Below, piece after piece: positions 58,682 to 64,000 of a stretch of 64,000 nucleotides of DNA. The notes below the pieces were generated by a model. That model was not told the DNA's origin and made no database searches. It saw nothing but the letters and a program-made list of their open reading frames with translations. The stretch is from an uncultured Clostridia bacterium (GTDB taxonomy: Bacteria; Bacillota; Clostridia; Christensenellales; UBA1242): NCBI GenBank assembly GCA_944383245.1, contig CALWOU010000003.1:96-64095 (forward strand), in the 5' to 3' direction. Each line of letters starts with the position of its first letter. Positions within the stretch are counted from its first letter, which is position 1. Position numbers and translations under genes: made by a program.

Positions 58682-59155
58682 TTATTGCTTATTTACACAT
58701 ACTTTGTTTACAGAATTTAATATAAGTATTGCCTTGGTTTGTATATATGAAATATATTCATTCATATAATTCCAGTCAGGTTCACCATTAACTGTAGATG
58801 GCAATTTTATTGTTTCCTCAGTTATTGAAGACGAAGATAACTGATTATTATAAGAATATTTTGTAAATTTATTCCTTATAATCGACGAAATAAATAGACC
58901 AGAATTTAAATTTAGGTTTTTATTATACAAGAGTATAATTGCAGAACCTGCACCGCCTCTTCCTAAAAAATCTTTGTCTTGATAAAAAGAAGATGCATCA
59001 ATAGGGCTCACAGTAATACAGTTACCTTTATCTAGAGTCTCATTATTTTTAGGTTTGCAAAATTTAATTATTCCGTTATTGTAATTTCCGGAGGCTATAA
59101 ATGGGACATTTCCATCTTCATAGTCTGATACACTTCGTGCAATTGGTCTTTTCAC
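58682..59155 (-). CDS. hsdS: specificity (HsdS/BcgIB-like) subunit, C-terminal half (TRD2), out of frame with the upstream half
   Basis: This frame stays open upstream to the poly-G tract ('GGGHRFEINQWKEFKIKELFEVKRP...'). It ends with the conserved 'NGEPDWNYMNEYI' repeat. Confidence 0.75.
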   Translation of the reverse strand: MKRPIARSVSDYEDGNVPFIASGNYNNGIIKFCKPKNNETLDKGNCITVSPIDASSFYQDKDFLGRGGAGSAIILLYNKNLNLNSGLFISSIIRNKFTKYSYNNQLSSSSITEETIKLPSTVNGEPDWNYMNEYISYIQTKAILILNSVNKVCVNKQ

Positions 59156-59193
59156 TTCAAATAATTCTTTAATTTTAAATTCTTTCCATTGAT

Positions 59194-59748
59194 TTATTTC
59201 AAATCTATGCCCCCCCCCAGCAAAATTTGGATTAAGCTCGACAATTTTTCTTGTGATAGTTTTTCTATATGCTTCATATAAGATTCCATATAATTCCAGT
59301 CAGGTTCACCATTTTTATCAATTGGTAACCTGATTTTATGATAAATTAAAGCTTTAGAAGAACACATATTGTTAAACTGATATTTTTGAGATGTTGTTTT
59401 TTCAATAATTGAGCACATAAACTTACCTATATTTTCAGTCATTTTAATTTTTTCTTTTGGAATCAATATATTAACTCTACCATGCCCAACAGCATAAAAT
59501 TGAGTATTTTGATAGAAAGCTTTACCAAACATATCTACTGTTATTGAGTTTGAAGGAAATAATTCACTTTGATTCGTTTCGCTAATATATTTACATATTC
59601 CATTATTAGTCATCCCAGATGAAACAAGCGGGATATTGCCTTCATTGCTTATTTTTGCTTGTATATCCCCTTTCGCCAATTCAATATTAAATAAATCACC
59701 AACTTTGAATTCTCCCCAATTCGAAATATCTATCTTATTCATTTGCAT
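59194..59748 (-). CDS. hsdS: specificity (HsdS/BcgIB-like) subunit, N-terminal half (TRD1 + central conserved repeat)
   Basis: 'WGEFKVGDLFNI', 'NGEPDWNYMESYMKHIEKL'. The start overlaps the methylase stop. It terminates 5 codons after the G9 tract. Confidence 0.8.
   Translation of the reverse strand: MQMNKIDISNWGEFKVGDLFNIELAKGDIQAKISNEGNIPLVSSGMTNNGICKYISETNQSELFPSNSITVDMFGKAFYQNTQFYAVGHGRVNILIPKEKIKMTENIGKFMCSIIEKTTSQKYQFNNMCSSKALIYHKIRLPIDKNGEPDWNYMESYMKHIEKLSQEKLSSLIQILLGGGIDLK
59210..59218 (-). repeat. homopolymeric G9 (C9 on plus strand) tract at the junction of the two S halves
   Basis: Read directly: 'tatgc ccccccccag'. G10 would fuse the two frames. Confidence 0.95.
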
Positions 59749-61522
59749 CTTTCTCCCTTATTTCTATAGAGTCACTATACAATATTTTCTTTAAAAGTTG
59801 ATTGCCAAATTCTTTAACATCAATTCCTTTCTTAAACATTTCATAATCCATCATTGTTTTTATAAAATCTTCTTCATATATTTCAAAATGTTTTTCAGGC
59901 ATTTGATATGATAGATGTTCTTTCGAATTCACAATTTGGATAAATTCTTGCACATCTTTTGCTTCTTCACATATAGGATTTTCTATAATTTTAATCCATT
60001 TATCTTCTATTGCTTGCCATCTACCCTTAATGTCTTGTCTGCCTTGATTTTTAACGGTTTCCAGACCATCATCTTCAATATAGCAAGCAAATATTTCTTT
60101 ATCATTATGTGGAACCCCTGCTTCAAAAACAAATATGCTTGTAGTTACACCCACACCAAAGAAAAGATTCTCTGGTAATTTTATAATCTTTTTTAATGTG
60201 TGCTTTTTCAATAATTTATTGCCATACTTTTTATCGGTGAAATCTTTTTCTAATTTTTTATCAGGCAAAATAAAAGCACAGGCAGTATGCTCTGGAACAT
60301 TATCTAAAACATTTTGAACGATTGTCATACAACCGTATTTTCTTTCATAAGGCGGATTCATTAAAACTTTTGTTATATTTTTACTCTTAATCCAATTACA
60401 AGCTTCTTGACTTCTTGCATCTAATTGCTCTAAATTTGTTTTTCCGTCTTTATGTATAAGCATATTAGCACAGGCTAGTGCAAATATCTCTCTATCAAAT
60501 TCTATACCAAATAATTGAGATTCACGAATTTGTTGAGATTTTTTTGTTTTTAAACCTCCAGCTTCTTTCATCATATTACACATTGCTTTTACTAAAAATG
60601 CACCAGAACCACAAGTTGCATCCAACACTTTATCATTTTGGTTAATGTTAATTAATCGATACATAAATGAAGTAATGTGGTCAGGCGTAAAAATTTGTCC
60701 AGCTTCTGATTTGCCTTTGTAACGATTAAATTCGTTAAAGAAAATACCCATGACATCTTCGCCATTCCAATAGTCTGAATTTGTGCATTCTGATATTTCT
60801 GAAACCCATTCAATAAAATTGTTTATTGCTTCTTGGTTCGCACTATTATTCATTTTAATTTCTGCATATACTTCAACTAATAAATCAAGTTTGAGATTTT
60901 GCTTTTTACTCTCTTCTAAAGATTTATTTAATGTGCTTAAAATAGAATTCTTCATTGTCGCAAAATTCATATTTTTGACAAGTAATGCATCGTATCTTTT
61001 AGCAACCAAAGCACAAGCAGTAAATATCATTCTGTGATATAGATTTTTAATACCAAAATCAATGTGCAGGCAATCATTGATTTTTTTTGTTAAACTATAA
61101 ATATGTTGTTTATCAATGGTGTTATGTGCAAATAAATCTAAATAATAATGTTTATCTTGTAATTCATTAGAAAGACCAGACATCTCTACATTGTCTTTGA
61201 AAATTCTAATATCGCTACCATTGTACAAAATACCAATCACATGCGAATATTTAGTTAAAACAATTTTACAATTTTTAATAAGTTCATCTGCCCATTTTTG
61301 CAGATAAATATCTTCATATTCTGATTTTGTTTCCAAAATAATTGCGGGCAATGTTTTGTTGTCTGGTAAATACCAACCATCAGGTTTATTGTTGTTCCCC
61401 CTAAAGCCTAATTGATTAAACGTTGTAATTTGTCCAGTGCCTTGTTTTATACCATCTTCTTTTTTATCAAAATTTAAAATAAATTTTGCATTATCACGAA
61501 TTTCATCTTCAGTTCTTTTCAT
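59735..61522 (-). CDS. N6-adenine DNA methyltransferase subunit with N-terminal PD-(D/E)xK-like region (type IIB BcgIA-like or type I HsdM)
   Basis: Motif I 'VLDATCGSGAFL', motif IV 'VLMNPPYERKY'. The N-terminus has 'KPDGWYLP...PAIILETKSE'. 595 aa. Confidence 0.85.
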   Translation of the reverse strand: MKRTEDEIRDNAKFILNFDKKEDGIKQGTGQITTFNQLGFRGNNNKPDGWYLPDNKTLPAIILETKSEYEDIYLQKWADELIKNCKIVLTKYSHVIGILYNGSDIRIFKDNVEMSGLSNELQDKHYYLDLFAHNTIDKQHIYSLTKKINDCLHIDFGIKNLYHRMIFTACALVAKRYDALLVKNMNFATMKNSILSTLNKSLEESKKQNLKLDLLVEVYAEIKMNNSANQEAINNFIEWVSEISECTNSDYWNGEDVMGIFFNEFNRYKGKSEAGQIFTPDHITSFMYRLININQNDKVLDATCGSGAFLVKAMCNMMKEAGGLKTKKSQQIRESQLFGIEFDREIFALACANMLIHKDGKTNLEQLDARSQEACNWIKSKNITKVLMNPPYERKYGCMTIVQNVLDNVPEHTACAFILPDKKLEKDFTDKKYGNKLLKKHTLKKIIKLPENLFFGVGVTTSIFVFEAGVPHNDKEIFACYIEDDGLETVKNQGRQDIKGRWQAIEDKWIKIIENPICEEAKDVQEFIQIVNSKEHLSYQMPEKHFEIYEEDFIKTMMDYEMFKKGIDVKEFGNQLLKKILYSDSIEIREKDANE

Positions 61523-61525
61523 TCT

Positions 61526-61744
61526 TTAATTTTCTCCTTTAATTACGGTTATTTGTTTACCATTTTTTAATTTTAGTACTATATTTTTGGTTCCTGTTAG
61601 TTCAACCTCATCATTTTCAATATACAAGACTAGACTATCTCCATTTTCAACATGCAATAGTTTTCTTATTGTTTTAGGCACGGTTATTTAGCCTTTTGGA
61701 AAAAGAATTACTTTTTTAATTTTTTTCCATTTTCTACACTCCAT
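61526..61744 (-). pseudogene. AbrB/SpoVT-type small DNA-binding protein with in-frame TAA
   Basis: The minus strand reads 'MECRKWKKIKKVILFPKG*ITVPKTIRKLLHVENGDSLVLYIENDEVELTGTK...'. TAA at plus-strand 61688-61690. The ORF ends 3 nt before the methylase ATG. Confidence 0.65.
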
Positions 61745-61885
61745 TTTCTTTACTTTCTTTACTTTTTAAGTCTATCAGAAAAAAACTTAAAAATCAAATG
61801 TTCAAATAATTTTTTTAATTTTGCACCAAGATCTATCAAACGATCTCACTTCATTCCTCCTATAGACATATAAATTTATAAATAA

Positions 61886-62395
61886 ATGCATAATTCAGAA
61901 TTTATGATAGTTGCAATGTACCAAGGGTTGAGACGTGGTGAAGTGTTAGGCTTAACTATTGACAATATAGACTTTGTTAACAATACCATAACTATAAACA
62001 AAGCATATAATCAACAAAACAAATTTGACACTACAAAAAATAAACAATCAAATAGAACTATACCATTATTTGAAGAAACTAAAACAATTTTGCTAAAATA
62101 CAAAAATCAAAAAGAACGCATATTTAACTTAACAAATAAACAAGTTGAGTTGATTTTAAAAGAGATTAGGAAACAAAGCAAAATAGAAAATTTAAAATTA
62201 AAAGATATGCGTAGCACATTTATTACAAGATGCAAAGAATTAAATATTCCAACACACGTAATACAAAGTTGGGTCGGACATACAATAGGAAGCAATGTAA
62301 CAAATATTGTATATACAAAACATAATAACGATATAGATAACAAATTTATTGATATAATAAACAAATCAAAATTATACACAAATTATACACAATAA
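61886..62395 (+). pseudogene. tyrosine recombinase/integrase, N-terminally truncated (catalytic domain only)
   Basis: 'GLRRGEVLGL', 'LKDMRSTFITR', 'SWVGHTIGSNVTNIVYTKH' (R..H-x-x-R..H..Y pattern). No core-binding domain or RBS. Confidence 0.7.
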
Positions 62396-62655
62396 AAAAA
62401 ATGACCTAACAAAATAAACTATATATAGTTGTTAAGTCGTTTAAAAACCACAATATGCTGTGGTGTTTGGCGGGAAGACCGTTATCCAATCCTAACCCCC
62501 AAATCTACATTGGTGCTAGGTGGATTAGGATTGTTTTTAAAATTTAAAAGGGCACTATATTGTATAAATTTTAGAAATGTGTTATAATGCAAGTGTTAGT
62601 TATTATCTATGGAATAATTAACTCCCCCCAAAAAAATATTTTTGGAGGTGTTAAC

Positions 62656-63339
62656 ATGTTTGAATTTGTTAGCAAGAAAGAAGTATCTTTAGCGAGGAAT
62701 GAAATTGAACCAATAATACATAAAGTTCAAAATTATTTAAGAAAAAATAATATTATGACTTTTCAGTATTATCTTGTTGGGAGTGCTAGTAATCGTAGAC
62801 ACCTTGTTACCAGAATTGTTGGTGGTAATCAAGGATTTGATATGGATTATAATATAATAATCAAATCAATAAATAAAGCATACGATGATGCAGAAAAAAC
62901 AAAACATATCATAATGGAAACCTTTAATAAGTTTCTTCTTAAAGGTTTTAAAAATTGTGAAGATTCTTCATCTGTATTTACAATTAAAAAAATAGATAAA
63001 CAAAACAGTAAAATAATTTATAGTTTTGATTTTGCGATTGTAAATTATTATAATGAAGATATTCAGAATCCTGACTTTGATTATGATGACCCAGAAGATG
63101 AATATGAAACAATTGAAAGGCAAGAATATATTTATTTTGACAAACAAAATAATAAATATTTTTGGAAACTACGTCCTATTGCTTTTGACGACCATAGATA
63201 TAAAGAGCAATATGTGAAAGAAGAAGGGTTGTGGAACGAGTTAAGATATTTATATCTTAACCAAAAAAACAACCAACAAACAAAAAAGTCAAGAATCATA
63301 TATTATGAAACTTTAAATCAATTATTCCAAAAATACTAA
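62656..63339 (+). CDS. Pol-beta superfamily nucleotidyltransferase (SMODS/CD-NTase-like minimal enzyme, tentative)
   Basis: Start at 'MFEFVSKKE' after GGAGG. 'YYLVGSASNRRHLVTRIVGGNQGFDMDYNIII' (GS ... DxD) and a third acidic residue in 'YSFDFAIV'. Confidence 0.6.
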   Translation: MFEFVSKKEVSLARNEIEPIIHKVQNYLRKNNIMTFQYYLVGSASNRRHLVTRIVGGNQGFDMDYNIIIKSINKAYDDAEKTKHIIMETFNKFLLKGFKNCEDSSSVFTIKKIDKQNSKIIYSFDFAIVNYYNEDIQNPDFDYDDPEDEYETIERQEYIYFDKQNNKYFWKLRPIAFDDHRYKEQYVKEEGLWNELRYLYLNQKNNQQTKKSRIIYYETLNQLFQKY

Positions 63340-63347
63340 AGATACAT

Positions 63348-63379
63348 AAAAAAGAGAGGATTCTTTCCTCTCTTTTTTT
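63348..63379. terminator. bidirectional terminator
   Basis: 'agagagga ttctt tcctctct' with flanking A and T runs. Confidence 0.8.
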
Positions 63380-63408
63380 CTAAAAATGTGTTTAATGTTG
63401 ATTTTAAT

Positions 63409-64000
63409 TTAAGATTTTGAAATAGTGAATATTTTGCTATATAAATCAATTAATACTTCAGTAGAAAAGTCAATTATTGGTTCAAACATAAATGAATTAA
63501 TATGAATGTTTTCGCTAGTTAGTAAAAGTATTTTATTAAATAAGGCAACATTGTCTTTATTGTCGTGAAAATTATTTTTATATAATTCTACCAGTTTCCC
63601 AGTTTGGTTTTTATTTGGAATTGATTTTAATAAGTCATCTCCATTTTCAAGGTTTTTAACTTCTTTGATAATAAAATCTTCCATAAGCAATCTCTGTGCC
63701 ATTGACAATATTATTTTATCGTCCAAGTCAACATTGTCATTATTTCCACTTTTTACTATACTAGAAGCTGTAGATATAATAATATCTTTAACTTTTTCAG
63801 TTTCTTTATCTTTTGCAAAATCAAAAGACTCATTTGTTAAAACCTCATTATATATTGTTTGTAAATCCAGTAATGTTAAAGTCTCAGTATCTTCTTTTAT
63901 ATGTAGTAAAGATGTCAATCTAATGTAGCTTTCATCACTTTCATCTTTAGTATATTCAATTAAATTTCTAATAAATGGAATAGCTGTAATTATATCTTTA
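63409..64000 (-). CDS. C-terminal part of a larger protein running off the window edge
   Basis: The reading frame stays open upstream of the track's TTG start to position 64000 ('KDIITAIPFIRNLIEYTKDESDESYIRLTSLL...'). Family not recognised. Confidence 0.6.
   Translation of the reverse strand, partial: KDIITAIPFIRNLIEYTKDESDESYIRLTSLLHIKEDTETLTLLDLQTIYNEVLTNESFDFAKDKETEKVKDIIISTASSIVKSGNNDNVDLDDKIILSMAQRLLMEDFIIKEVKNLENGDDLLKSIPNKNQTGKLVELYKNNFHDNKDNVALFNKILLLTSENIHINSFMFEPIIDFSTEVLIDLYSKIFTISKS

Overview
AT-rich, standard-code (TGG Trp; TAA, TAG and TGA all end genes) chromosomal segment from a low-GC Bacillota/Mollicutes-like anaerobe; lineage inferred only from gene content and composition. 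Housekeeping genes: addAB, acpS, recX, eno, cmk, rubrerythrin, rarA, gap, leuS, rplI, and glyQS behind a glycine T-box. Two accessory blocks interrupt them. (1) About 26.7-43.0 kb abuts tRNA-Ser(UGA). It holds envelope genes, a cassette-like array of small cytoplasmic proteins with conserved junctions and a truncated duplicate, and a seven-gene operon. That operon, my lead candidate for an undescribed system, encodes an AAA+ (MoxR/AAA_5-like) fusion protein, a Walker-A-less AAA remnant, a zincin+VWA protein with a Q/N-rich insert, an inactivated deoxyribosyltransferase-like gene and small membrane proteins. (2) About 58.6-64.0 kb holds an R-less methylase/specificity pair that looks BcgI-like (type IIB), with the S gene split at a G9 tract. 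It also holds a nonsense-disrupted AbrB-like gene, a truncated tyrosine recombinase and a stand-alone Pol-beta/SMODS-like nucleotidyltransferase. Non-coding signals include a GC-rich ~340-bp inverted-repeat element, a leader-peptide attenuator before an ABC exporter, duplicated promoters and several repeats. All family calls rest on motif recognition by eye; no searches were run.
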